From: a virus
Lineage: Duplodnaviria; Caudoviricetes
Strand: one strand, 5' to 3'
Virus record (IMG/VR): IMGVR_UViG_3300043812_000026
DNA length: 64,000 nt
A program made the translations under genes and the position numbers. The notes under the pieces were generated by a model. It worked only from the letters and a program-made list of their open reading frames with translations, searched no databases and was not told the DNA's origin. This document shows, piece after piece, positions 1 to 10,486 of this stretch. How positions within the stretch are numbered: the first letter of the stretch is position 1; each line of letters begins with the position of its first letter.

Positions 1-277
1 ACTTTTGAACAGTTTGGTTAACAGGTACCTTAGCGAGATCCTTATAGATTGTATAATCTTCGTCTCCATAAGTAGAGATGTTAAGAGTAGGATCTAATGC
101 TTCCATACGGTAAGCGGCACCATCTGGTTGTGTTTCTGGCGTAATACCAGTACCAGCAGTAAAGGCTTTAACAACCCGGTCTGCCTTATCATTGTTTAAA
201 GACTTATTTAACTTGTCTTCTTGATCTTGTTTAAAAACAGACTTTACTACAGTCTTTTCTTTTAGTAATTCTGGCAA
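1..277 (-). CDS. Major capsid protein, 5' part (runs off window)
   Basis: Manual translation from TTG at 277 (in-frame ATG at 286): MPELLKEK...VVKAFTAGTGITPETQPDGAAYRMEALDP. Resembles the Twort-like capsid N-terminal motif; follows portal-protease-scaffold. Confidence 0.9.
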   Translation of the reverse strand, partial: MPELLKEKTVVKSVFKQDQEDKLNKSLNNDKADRVVKAFTAGTGITPETQPDGAAYRMEALDPTLNISTYGDEDYTIYKDLAKVPVNQTVQK

Positions 278-352
278 AATTTTCATCCTTTCCATTTTAC
301 CATTCGTTGTCTATATCTAATATAGACATAAGTATGGTTTTTTAATTAAAAA

Positions 353-1426
353 CTAAATTTCGTTATATCTTTCAATAAAACTATCGGGAACTGTAGTACC
401 TTTAAGTCCTCGAGTATCAGCTAAAAGACTCTTTAAGGCTTGCTTACGTTCCAAGTTAATACCACTTTGTACACCGTCAAAGCCAAGTAAAGACTTAGCA
501 ATTACATTTTCAAGGGCTTCCTTAGTAACACCGTCTTCTTGAGGTGCTTCTACAGACTTAGCAACTGTATCGTCCTTAGCTTCTTCTGCACCCGTAGCAA
601 CTGCCTTACCAGTAGGGATTGACTTTTCAGCCTTATCTTCTTCTGCTGGTTCCTCTACTGACTTTTCAGCTTCATCAGCATTATCAGCAGGTTCTTCTAC
701 AGACTTCTTAGCCTTGTCTTCCTTATCATCTTTAGCTTCATCATCTGTATCTGGTTCTTGGTCATCATCAGCAGACTTAGCTGTCTTATCCTTTTTATCA
801 GCAGATTCTTCAACATCAGCACCGTCTCCACACTTTTCAGTTTGAGACTTTTCTACTGACTTTTCAGCTTGATCTTCAATAGGTGCTTGCTTAGCCAAGA
901 ATGACTTAGCAATTTCCATAGAAGCTTCTGCCAATTCCTTGTAAGACTTTTGCATTTCAGCCATAGTATCAACAGACTTAGTTAAAGCGTCAATAACAGC
1001 TTTAGTATCAAATGACTTAGAAGCTTCTTCATGACCCTTAGGATCATCAACATTAGTTAATTCTTTATGTTGCTTAGCCTTAGCTTCTTCAGTCTTAGCG
1101 TCTGTATTCTTTTCTACAGCAGGTTCGTCTTCTGATTTTTCAGCTTCATCAACAGACTTAGTTGCCTTATCCTTTTTATCAGCAGATTCTTCTACATCAT
1201 CGTCATCGTCAACGTCCTTAGTTACTTTTTCATTATCATCTGAAATAGTAGCTTGGTTAACGTTCTTTTCAGCTTCCTCAGTAGACTTAGTTGCTTCTTC
1301 CTGTGCTTTTACATCTGGATCAGTCTTTTCAACTTCAGCAGACTTTTCTACTGTGTCTTCTGTAGACGCTAATGACTTACGAGCTTTATCAATAGCGTCC
1401 ATAGCATTCTTTAATTTATCAGGCAA
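353..1426 (-). CDS. Acidic scaffold-like head protein
   Basis: Low-complexity D/E/K/A protein between protease and capsid, with many (E/A/T)KS motifs. Confidence 0.65.
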   Translation of the reverse strand: MPDKLKNAMDAIDKARKSLASTEDTVEKSAEVEKTDPDVKAQEEATKSTEEAEKNVNQATISDDNEKVTKDVDDDDDVEESADKKDKATKSVDEAEKSEDEPAVEKNTDAKTEEAKAKQHKELTNVDDPKGHEEASKSFDTKAVIDALTKSVDTMAEMQKSYKELAEASMEIAKSFLAKQAPIEDQAEKSVEKSQTEKCGDGADVEESADKKDKTAKSADDDQEPDTDDEAKDDKEDKAKKSVEEPADNADEAEKSVEEPAEEDKAEKSIPTGKAVATGAEEAKDDTVAKSVEAPQEDGVTKEALENVIAKSLLGFDGVQSGINLERKQALKSLLADTRGLKGTTVPDSFIERYNEI

Positions 1427-1438
1427 AATTAATCCTCC

Positions 1439-2350
1439 TTAATCATCAGTGATACCATCTGCACCACTTAAAATTCTTTCCAATCGACTAGTAGTTAGGT
1501 TATTAGTATTAATTGCATGAACCACAGCTTGTGAATCATTATAAGAAAGACCTTCGAACAATTGTAAGAATAAAATCATTACATCGTCCCCAGAATCCTT
1601 ATGAGCTAAAATATCAGCTACTGAATTAGCAACTGGTCTTAACCCAATCTTACGAGCCTGCTTCATGTTTTCAGCTAAACTAACCAATTGACCAGAAAGA
1701 GCTTCTGTTCTAAAGGCTCCACCATCATTCTGGGTACTAGGAGTAATTCCATGACCGGCGGTTAGAGCTTTATTTGTCTTATCTAATTTTACAGTCATAC
1801 TTAACATTGGCTTAGAATCTGTAGTATCTGCCTCTTCAACAGGCTTATCTTCGCCTAAACCAAAAATAGACTTTGAAACCAATTCCCAAGTAGCATGAGT
1901 ATTAGCTGGATTCTTAGTTACAGCTACACCAGTGATTTGAACCTGTCTAATAATAGAATCATCACTAGCGTCCCGTTCTAAAACATTACCCTCAATCGAA
2001 AAGCCAAGTTGTCGATCAATATGGTTATCTTTAATATTATGGTAAAGCTTAATAATATCTTGTACCTGTGGCATATTCTTGAAAAGTTTAGCTTCAAGGA
2101 ACAAACCTTTAGAGTCTACGTATGTATTTTCTGTTGGTACACCAATTACTTGATCACGATCGTGTTCATAATCGATCCAGCCGTCACTTAGTAGATAACT
2201 TGCGTCTATTCCTTGGGGATCTATCTGCTCCTGCTGTAGGTCTCTATCTGATGTGGAAGCCATCCCAGAAATTGTATAAGTAGCTTCGTCACCTTCACCA
2301 GACTTTTCTACTTTATCAATTGGTAAGAATACATCAAAATTCTTTTTCAA
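1439..2350 (-). CDS. Prohead protease
   Basis: Motifs ISGMAST..RDLQ, YEH, LGFSIEG, VAVTKNPAN; located after portal. Confidence 0.9.
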   Translation of the reverse strand: MKKNFDVFLPIDKVEKSGEGDEATYTISGMASTSDRDLQQEQIDPQGIDASYLLSDGWIDYEHDRDQVIGVPTENTYVDSKGLFLEAKLFKNMPQVQDIIKLYHNIKDNHIDRQLGFSIEGNVLERDASDDSIIRQVQITGVAVTKNPANTHATWELVSKSIFGLGEDKPVEEADTTDSKPMLSMTVKLDKTNKALTAGHGITPSTQNDGGAFRTEALSGQLVSLAENMKQARKIGLRPVANSVADILAHKDSGDDVMILFLQLFEGLSYNDSQAVVHAINTNNLTTSRLERILSGADGITDD

Positions 2351-2417
2351 CTTTAGATCTCACCACCCGTCTACTTAGAATACATAAACTTTTCTGTTTA
2401 ATAATATAGGAAACTAG

Positions 2418-4007
2418 CTAATCTGTATTACCTACATTAGTCTCCTCTGGACTCTTAAGATCTTGTTTATTAGGATCTTCCTTAGCGTCTGGTTTCTTAT
2501 CTAATGACTGCTCATGTCCCGGCTTATAATCATTTTGATGTTGTTGTTCTGCATTAGCTTCTGGATTCATCTTATCTTGAATAGCTAACCATTGAATAAG
2601 GTTATCAGAGTTACCCGGAATATCTGGTATATCAAGCTTAGGTAAATGCATCAATGCTCTCGACTCATTTATGGTTAATCCATTCTTAAGTTTTAATGCT
2701 AACTCATCTTGTAGTTGTTTCTCTTTACCTTGATCGCTTGGACTAAAGACAAACATATAATCGGATTCAACATAGCGTAAGATCTTATCAGTCATTAGAC
2801 GTTCAATGTACTTCATAACAGGTTCTAACCCATTATTACGTGAAGCGTCCATTTTGGTTCTAGTAGTATTACCCTCATTTAAGGTACTACCACCAGTCTT
2901 ACCATTAGCTCCCCCACGATTAGGAAAGTTAATCTCGTCTGGTTGGATATTAAAATCAGCACAAATAATATTATTAAGATAATTAAGAAAATTAACAAAT
3001 TCCATATCCTTAGAGGATTGTGTCATATTGACATACTTTGCATCATGTGCTTGAATAATTGGAATTTTCCACGAACCATTGATTCCTTGTGCTGGAGTTA
3101 AATTACGTCTTAATGCGTCTAAGTTAGACTGAGAAGTACCAGAACCGTCACCCGGATCTAAAAGCAACAGACCACGAGTCATACCACCTTGACTAAAGAA
3201 ACGAGCATTAAATTGCTCAACATTAATATGGTACTGAATATGTTCCATACCTGCTTCAACAGGTGAAAAACCATACCCACCAGAATAAGGCTTATCTTGA
3301 CTCCAATAAGTAGAAAATACTAGCTCCTTACTATTAAAATAAATTCTATCTTTATCACTAGCATTACTGTTAACTACCTGCACAAAGGATTTAGGTTTAT
3401 CAATACTAGTAGGGTATTTATCAATTAAAACCGTAGAAGCGTCTACATGGTTAAAATGATTTAATTTATTAGATCTTTTACTTTCATAAACCCGTTCAAT
3501 ATTAACTTGGTCAAACACATAAAAATCATAAATAATCTTAGCTAAGAAAGTTGGGAAATCATCACGCCAGTCTAATTGGTCCTTACCAGTATAAAAGATA
3601 AAGTCCTCTAGCTTTTTAGCAACATTTTTTTCATGTGTTGTCATATCACTAAGTTGCTTGCCTTTTTTAACAACTCTAAACCCATTACCGTCATTAGATA
3701 AACGGGCAGGAGTAGCAAAGTTTAAGATCTGATTAGTTCTAGTTCTAATAATTGCTTGAACTAATAGATCATCTGCATAAGCTCTTAGTTGGTCTTTCTT
3801 TCTTAAATAATAATCTTGGTTAATCTTTTCTCGCTGGGGGTTTTGGCGATTGTGACTATCTGCACCAATTTGAATATAAGCATTATCAACCCGCTGGTCT
3901 GATCTACCAGCTCTAAAGCTTTTAGCAATTTCTTGCTTATTCAACTGTTCAAGATCAATGTAATCATCAGCATTCTCAGAGCCAAACCAGCGATCTAAAA
4001 AACTCAT
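2418..4007 (-). CDS. Portal protein
   Basis: YGFSPVE, FNARFFSQGGMTRGLL, DMEF and TINESR motifs; 529 aa; directly after terminase. Confidence 0.92.
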   Translation of the reverse strand: MSFLDRWFGSENADDYIDLEQLNKQEIAKSFRAGRSDQRVDNAYIQIGADSHNRQNPQREKINQDYYLRKKDQLRAYADDLLVQAIIRTRTNQILNFATPARLSNDGNGFRVVKKGKQLSDMTTHEKNVAKKLEDFIFYTGKDQLDWRDDFPTFLAKIIYDFYVFDQVNIERVYESKRSNKLNHFNHVDASTVLIDKYPTSIDKPKSFVQVVNSNASDKDRIYFNSKELVFSTYWSQDKPYSGGYGFSPVEAGMEHIQYHINVEQFNARFFSQGGMTRGLLLLDPGDGSGTSQSNLDALRRNLTPAQGINGSWKIPIIQAHDAKYVNMTQSSKDMEFVNFLNYLNNIICADFNIQPDEINFPNRGGANGKTGGSTLNEGNTTRTKMDASRNNGLEPVMKYIERLMTDKILRYVESDYMFVFSPSDQGKEKQLQDELALKLKNGLTINESRALMHLPKLDIPDIPGNSDNLIQWLAIQDKMNPEANAEQQHQNDYKPGHEQSLDKKPDAKEDPNKQDLKSPEETNVGNTD

Positions 4008-4121
4008 ATAATCTTCACCCCTTTATTTAAAATATACATTAAAGCACCTACAATTCTCTTTATAATATAGCTGAAAAAGACCCCTACTAGCTTTTTACAC
4101 TAGTAGAGGTCTTCTACTTAA

Positions 4122-4630
4122 TTAGAACTCCGTTTCGTTCTTAATCTCATATTCACGTTGTATATCAGTCTGTTCTGGGGTAAAGATGTCATTATCAAGA
4201 TAATCAATCTGTGTAGACTTTCTACGCTTCATAGCGTCCTCTTTCATTAACTTATCAAGCCCCACCATTGCATAAACACTTGCTTGTGCTGAATGATCAC
4301 CATCTTTACGAGTAATAATTTGAACTTGTTGTATAGTGTGGGTTTGCTTATCTTCTCTATCATCAGTACGGATAATAATATTCTTCCAATGAGTAATAAA
4401 TAACTTAATCATTGGGTCATTTTGAGATCCTTGGTAGAAATGAATATCACCCCGTCTCAAATTACCCATCATAATTTCATTTTGTGCTAACTTATCAATT
4501 AAAACAGAATTATCAGAGTCATTAAAATGAGCTACAAAATCCCCCTTAGAAAGAGCAGAATTTACTCGTACCCCATAAACACGTTGAATTCCATAATAAG
4601 CCATTAATTTTTGATTATAGGAACCAGAAT
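4122..4630 (-). CDS. terL: Terminase large subunit, exon 2
   Basis: Joining after the omega-G at 4631 restores PDSG-YSGSYNQKLMAYYG; contains the DGDH nuclease motif; spliced protein is 609 aa. Confidence 0.85.
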
Positions 4631-5891
4631 CAACTTAGAAATACATTTCTGTACACAACCTAAGCTAGATTATATCTTAATGATACAAAATAGTATCATC
4701 ACTACTATTGTTAATTATCTTAACTATATATGTCTTAATATCCTTATAAGTATTAATTCTATAAGGTATTCTAATAAGTTTTATACCTGCTTTCTCACAA
4801 AAAGAGTCCTTAATTTTATCATGTATTATACCAGTTTTACTATAAAATAAACTTTTATTTTTATAGTGTTGAACACCATCATACTCAATACATAAATTGT
4901 AATCAGGTAAATAAAAGTCAAAAGGTAGCATCCGTTTATCTATACAGCCACTAAAAGTTTTTTGATAATCATACTTAATTCCTAAGGATTCTAATATCTC
5001 TAATATTAGAACTTCACCTCTTGAACTGTTATGACAAAAGTAACAACCTATATGCTTATCAACTATCTGTCTAAGAGATAAATATATAATATGATTACAC
5101 TTTTTATGCTTTATTCTCATTTTAGTATGATCATCTTTATAATTATCTATTCTTATATACGTATTTCCAAGAATATCAAGTATTAGTTGATCTACCTTTT
5201 TATTATCATATGTTTTATGTATCTTTCTTAGATACCTAGCACACTTAGGACATCTTCTACCTTGTATAAATTTTGTAATATTTACTCTATAAGTAAATTT
5301 TCCTCCATCTATACAATGATTATGAGTAATTACAATTTTATGCTTAGTGTCTATTTGTTCAGAATCTATTGTATATTCATCACCAACTAACTTTTGAACC
5401 TTCTGTCTATAGTATTGAGAACCCTTCATACGTCCCTGCCCCTGTCTTCTATGACCACATCTGGGACAACCACAGGAAGAGTTTAATAACTGGTTAGGAG
5501 TAACCTCCCACTCCCCTTTAGAACCATAGTTACAAACTAAACACTGATGTTTTATTTTTACTAAGATACCTTTATAGCTCTCCAGAGGAATAATACTAGG
5601 TTTCTTTTGTTTTAATTCTGAAATATATTGCTTATTAGTACGTTTTGCCAAAGTTTACTTTCACCTCACTTATAGTATAGCAAAGTATAAGTATTCTGAG
5701 GCAAATATAATAGTAAATAATTAAAGCTTAATCGTTAGTCATTTAATTTAGAACGGTTGGTCAACTCTATCCCTAATTACTAGGATTTAGTCTTTCTTAC
5801 TAGCTTATTCTTTATTGTAATTATTATTTAGCTTTACCCGTTTAAGTAGTTTATTTTTCTAAATATTACTATTTAGTGGAGCTATCTGTTA
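4631..5891 (-). mobile_element. Group I intron in terL carrying a homing endonuclease
   Basis: P1 GGGGU/GCUCC with U.G at the 5' splice site; P7 GAUUA/UAAUC (cuaacGAUUA ... aagauaUAAUCu); terminal G; reading frame restored on splicing. Confidence 0.88.
4677..5651 (-). CDS. Intron-encoded homing endonuclease (zinc-ribbon repeats plus PD-(D/E)XK/Vsr-like domain)
   Basis: Repeated CPxC motifs; SRGE, FDFYLP and IEYDGVQHY; lies inside the intron between the P7 strands. Confidence 0.85.
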   Translation of the reverse strand: MAKRTNKQYISELKQKKPSIIPLESYKGILVKIKHQCLVCNYGSKGEWEVTPNQLLNSSCGCPRCGHRRQGQGRMKGSQYYRQKVQKLVGDEYTIDSEQIDTKHKIVITHNHCIDGGKFTYRVNITKFIQGRRCPKCARYLRKIHKTYDNKKVDQLILDILGNTYIRIDNYKDDHTKMRIKHKKCNHIIYLSLRQIVDKHIGCYFCHNSSRGEVLILEILESLGIKYDYQKTFSGCIDKRMLPFDFYLPDYNLCIEYDGVQHYKNKSLFYSKTGIIHDKIKDSFCEKAGIKLIRIPYRINTYKDIKTYIVKIINNSSDDTILYH

Positions 5892-7212
5892 ACCCCGAGT
5901 CTGGAAGAATTAAGTCTGGTTGATAAAGATTTAAGTGTCTAACAACTAAATTAAGATCTTCTTCAATATGTTCAACACCTGTAGACTTAGGTACACGGTA
6001 TATATCCATTAAATCAATCCTACCATTAGGACGCATACCTAAAGTAACAATATGATGATAATGTTGTCCCCAGTCAATACCAGAAACCACATACTTATAA
6101 TTATCACGATTATCTGGATGTTTATAATTATTATCTATATGGTAAAGTACATCTTCTTCTCTAAAAGTTGTACCAGAGTCTTGATAAGGCATTCCAAGAT
6201 TGTAATTATAAAAATACTGTTTCGAAGGGCTTCGTAGTTCCTCTTGCTTTAAATGGTCTGCCGTAATCCACGTAGCATTCATTTGTGAAATACTAAAGCC
6301 AGTACGTCTTCCCTTACCCGGCTTCATAGCTACCCATCTACCATTATACCATCTATCAATTGGACGTTTGCATTTTTGGCATACGAACTGAAAAGTACCC
6401 GGTTGAACAACTTTACCTATAGTATCAATACCATCTTTATGGACCTGCTTAATATTTTTATTATAATCCATAACTTGTTCGTAACCACAATGTTGACACT
6501 TATGTACCCAATACCGTTGATCAGACTCCATAAACAATTTGTGAATCCCATACCCTTCAGTTGTTGGGGTAGACCAACGTCTTAAGAGTTTATACTTTGA
6601 AGACTCCATAGACTGAATAGCTGATTGTTCTGCTAAAGGTGATATGCGATCGTACTCATCAAGAGCCGTCACATCAATGTGTAGACCCTCTAGGGAAGCC
6701 CCATTAGAAGCAGTTCTGAATGTTAATTCACTATCCCTAATTTTCATACCCTTCATAGTCATCGTTTTAGGGTCTTTTATTAAAGATCTATAATAACCAT
6801 TTTCAAATTCTGGTCTAATACGTTGTTTATAAAACGTGTCCAACTGACGATACGTAGGAAAGGCATATAAACCAGAAGCACGATCATATGAATGTGTGTC
6901 TAGCCAATAAATCATCATCTCTATACCGACTTCGCTTAGTCCCAGTTGTCGACTTTTTATCACACAAATATCTTGATCATTAGCACTGTTGACTATACCT
7001 ACCTGCCAAGGACGATGACCTAAAGCGTGGGTTGTATCGTAATCTGGTACATTAAAAGTTAATGGCTTACCATTTATCGTATGGTGTTGAAGTAAATAGT
7101 TACTAGGCTTACTCATACCCAACACATAATTTAATTGGTCAACTGTAATAGAATCTTTAGGACCTAAGTTAAACATCGACCTAGCTAATTTTGTTAATTG
7201 TTTACCATCCAT
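5892..7212 (-). CDS. terL: Terminase large subunit, exon 1
   Basis: KSRQLGLSE Walker A-like motif, LDEYD Walker B, STPT, CxxC pairs, GIDWG nuclease motif. Confidence 0.92.
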
Positions 7213-7225
7213 ACTTTATTCTCCT

Positions 7226-8185
7226 CTATTTAATATCCCACTCTTTTAGAAAATTAACAATTTGTTCATAACTACGGCACAAATAAGGTACACAAACAAG
7301 AGTATAATTGTTATCTACTGCATAATTATATTTCAACATATCATGATATTTTTGCCTCTTAAATCTTTTTTCACCGCCCAGCCAACGAACAGGAAAATAA
7401 TGTTGACCCCCTTGATATTCAATTAAATATTTTAGACTTGGAATATAAAAATCATAGGATAAGGATTGTTTATCTAATAAATCAGAAAAAGTTTTTTGAC
7501 GCTCATAGCCAATACCAATTTTATCTAAATACAAACGAATAAAAGACTCTCCCTTAGGCTCAATATTGCAAAAAGGACATCCGTTATTATAACGAATAAC
7601 ATCATCAAAACGAGCATACCATTTATTACCACAAGTTTTACACTGAACTAAAATCTTCTTATGTGTCCCTTTAAAATCACCTAATATCCTAAGATAGGGA
7701 TTTCTTGAATTTTTAATTCTCTTCTCAGCTTCGTCTTTAGTTAAAACATTACTTTTATGATTCTTATACCAATTTTTGCTTAATACTTTTGACTTACAAT
7801 TAGGACAACGCCTACCTTTTAAAAAATTATTAGGTGTAATCTCCCATACATGACCACACTTATTATGCTTCATCTTTACCTTAACTGAAGCTTTAACATA
7901 TTCACCGATAACTGAATATTCGTCTCCCACCAAAGACTTAACTTGATCCTTAAACCATTTAGTAGTTTTCAGCTTAGTATTAGCTCCACGTTGATGAGAA
8001 CATTTAGGACATCTATGCCCATGATAAAAATTAGCAGGTCTTATTAACCATACATTTCCACATAAATTATGTTGACATTTAATCTTAGTATCAACTCCTT
8101 GGTAAGGATCTAAAAATGTATATTCATTACCTACTAAATTATAAATACGTCGCTTAAATTCATCATTTGTTAATTTTCTACTCAA
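7226..8185 (-). CDS. Free-standing homing endonuclease paralogous to the intron enzyme
   Basis: CPKC/CPNC/CPFC repeats, PKGE, YDFYIP, IEYQGGQHY; own promoter TTGATA-17-TATACT upstream; no intron core seen. Confidence 0.8.
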   Translation of the reverse strand: MSRKLTNDEFKRRIYNLVGNEYTFLDPYQGVDTKIKCQHNLCGNVWLIRPANFYHGHRCPKCSHQRGANTKLKTTKWFKDQVKSLVGDEYSVIGEYVKASVKVKMKHNKCGHVWEITPNNFLKGRRCPNCKSKVLSKNWYKNHKSNVLTKDEAEKRIKNSRNPYLRILGDFKGTHKKILVQCKTCGNKWYARFDDVIRYNNGCPFCNIEPKGESFIRLYLDKIGIGYERQKTFSDLLDKQSLSYDFYIPSLKYLIEYQGGQHYFPVRWLGGEKRFKRQKYHDMLKYNYAVDNNYTLVCVPYLCRSYEQIVNFLKEWDIK

Positions 8186-8254
8186 TTCAATACACTCCTT
8201 ATATAAGACTATCTTATATAGAGTATATCAAATAAAAGAAAAAGTATCAATAAG

Positions 8255-8440
8255 TTATTTTTCTTCCTCTCTAATTTCTTGTGCTAATCTACTAATCTTT
8301 ACGTCAATAGCAATACTAAGCTGTTCTAAGATCTTCATTTGTTGCTCTTTAGTCAAACCTAAATGCTTATATTTGAGCAAAATCCGATCAATATCGGGCA
8401 AAAACGTCTCAGCACTAGCATTATCAACTACCTTTTGCAA
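8255..8440 (-). CDS. Hypothetical protein
   Basis: ORF track; start uncertain, abuts the IS right end. Confidence 0.5.
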   Translation of the reverse strand: MQKVVDNASAETFLPDIDRILLKYKHLGLTKEQQMKILEQLSIAIDVKISRLAQEIREEEK

Positions 8441-8480
8441 TGACTTTTTATAAATTGTTTTTAAACTAATCAGCTATCAC

Positions 8481-9940
8481 CTGCTATATAAAATGTGAAC
8501 AAACATAATCCTATATGCTAAGTAATTATGTTTGAGAAAGAAATATAGCTTTTCCTTTCTTTATTTTATTTACTGTCGTCAACGCTGGTATTCTCATATC
8601 CTAACTAGAGGGTAATGGCATTGACCAACTATTACAGCTTAAGGGCTTAGCCAGCCCCAATTATATTTTTTTCTTCTTTACGCTAAAGCCAAAAGATTTA
8701 AGACTGCATTTTGGTCTCGATCCATTACCACACCGCATTCATAACAAATATATTCATTGTGTTTAGTACCATGTTTTTGATTACCATCGAGACCAATTTT
8801 ATCTTTGCCTTGCTTGATGTGACCACATGCAGAACAGCGTTGTGTTGATGGATAGAATTGATCAGCTAAGATTAATTCTTTACCATACCATTCACACTTA
8901 TAGGTTAATATTTGTCTAAAATAACCAAACAGTGATCTCTGCATACCTTTAGAAGCTACATGAGTCATCTGCATCTGTTTGACTGCTAAATCTTCAATGA
9001 CAGTCTGGTCATAACTATCAACCAGCTTAGTCGTAAACTTCTGCAAAAGATCATGTTGGATATTAACTACTTTACGATAATCACGTTGCAACTTGGCTCT
9101 CGTTTTAACGTAATTATTACTTTGTGTAGCTAACTTACCATTAACCTTTCTCTTACGAGCTAGCATTTTTTGATAATGCCTGATCCGCTTATAAAGCTTT
9201 TGCAATTTAGCAGGTAAGACGTTAAGCTTCCCATCAGTATAGTTAAAGTGACCTACATTTAGATCTACTGCCGTCTTATTACCAGTTTTAGGTTTCTTAG
9301 CTATTTCAACTTCAAAAGGTAGGCTAGCCCAGTATTTACCATTTTCACGATAAATTGAAACAACTTTTAAATCACCATCTAAAGCCTTAGCACCTTTAAA
9401 ACTAATATCATACCAAGTTTTAACTCTGTGTGGTTTATCAAGTCTTAACTTACCATTAACAATCTTAGCTCTATCAGTTTTAAATCCTTGTCTAGGAGCT
9501 TTCTTAGATTTAAATCTAGGCTTTCCCCAATCAGGTAATGCTTTATTAAAGAACTTCTTCCAAGCATTACCTAAATCAGAAATTGCTAAGTATAAACACC
9601 GTGACGATAAACTATATTGCCAGTCAGCTTTATTAGAGGATAACTCCTTACGGACTCTGCTTTCATTAGGGATAGGATTGTCTTTCTTGTTCAAGTTATG
9701 AGCTTCATACATATCATTCCACAGCTCTAACCCTTGATTCCAACAATATCTACGATAATCGCATAGATCATCAAGAACTTTCTTCATTGTTTGGTTGGGA
9801 TAGAGTCTTACCTTTTGAACTCGAATCATTATTTTCACCACCTTGCATTGACATAATATCTACCTCACATTTTATCTTTCTGTAGATATTATATCATAGG
9901 TGATCGTATTTTAATATCCTTTAATTAACAGTTAATCACC
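8481..9940 (-). mobile_element. Non-autonomous IS607-like tnpB element
   Basis: tnpB followed by a roughly 200-nt structured 3' region ending TATAGCAG|G; no tnpA; left end approximate. Confidence 0.6.
8678..9841 (-). CDS. tnpB: TnpB RNA-guided nuclease
   Basis: RLYPN N-terminus; RuvC D (AVDLN), E (IEDL), D (DRDQNA); CxxC zinc ribbon. Confidence 0.93.
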   Translation of the reverse strand: MVKIMIRVQKVRLYPNQTMKKVLDDLCDYRRYCWNQGLELWNDMYEAHNLNKKDNPIPNESRVRKELSSNKADWQYSLSSRCLYLAISDLGNAWKKFFNKALPDWGKPRFKSKKAPRQGFKTDRAKIVNGKLRLDKPHRVKTWYDISFKGAKALDGDLKVVSIYRENGKYWASLPFEVEIAKKPKTGNKTAVDLNVGHFNYTDGKLNVLPAKLQKLYKRIRHYQKMLARKRKVNGKLATQSNNYVKTRAKLQRDYRKVVNIQHDLLQKFTTKLVDSYDQTVIEDLAVKQMQMTHVASKGMQRSLFGYFRQILTYKCEWYGKELILADQFYPSTQRCSACGHIKQGKDKIGLDGNQKHGTKHNEYICYECGVVMDRDQNAVLNLLALA

Positions 9941-10039
9941 ACCTTTGCACATTCATTATTATAACATAATAAAAAAGCCTAAGAACTTAATCCTAGACTT
10001 TTTCTAACTATTAATCTTCTACCTAACTTAATACGTCAA

Positions 10040-10318
10040 TTACAACTCCCTACCACAAAAAGGACAAAACTTAATCTCAATCTGCTCTACAATATCAGCA
10101 AACACTTCTTCGTCAAAATTACCTGTATGCTCTACAGATAGATAAGGCTGAATTATACCAGAATCGTCACACTCAATAGATACTCCCATTCCACTATCGG
10201 GTAAATAATTTACCTTATGGGGATAATGACAATAAGGACAGCCAGTAGAAACAGCTACCTTAGCTAATTCTTCTTTTTTAGGACTTTCTTTTGTTTGCAT
10301 TAGCCAAACTCTTTTCAC
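10040..10318 (-). CDS. Small Zn-ribbon protein
   Basis: CPYCH and FCPFCGREL motifs. Confidence 0.7.
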   Translation of the reverse strand: MKRVWLMQTKESPKKEELAKVAVSTGCPYCHYPHKVNYLPDSGMGVSIECDDSGIIQPYLSVEHTGNFDEEVFADIVEQIEIKFCPFCGREL

Positions 10319-10351
10319 AATAATTTAATACAATTATAATCTAAAAAAGGC

Positions 10352-10460
10352 AAAAAGAAAAGCCCACAGTCCATTGGAGATGGAAATACTGTAAGCTTTC
10401 TAATCTATGAGATTCTAAAAAAAAAATAAAGGAGACTTCAATGTTGAAATCTATACTTAT
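10352..10460 (-). ncRNA. Putative antisense sRNA with anti-SD/anti-AUG segments
   Basis: Minus strand reads CAACAUUGAAGUCUCCUUU, AAUCUCAUAG and a terminator hairpin whose loop contains CCAUCUCC; no ORF. Confidence 0.4.
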
Positions 10461-10486
10461 TATATTAATATGTTTAATGGTTAATG

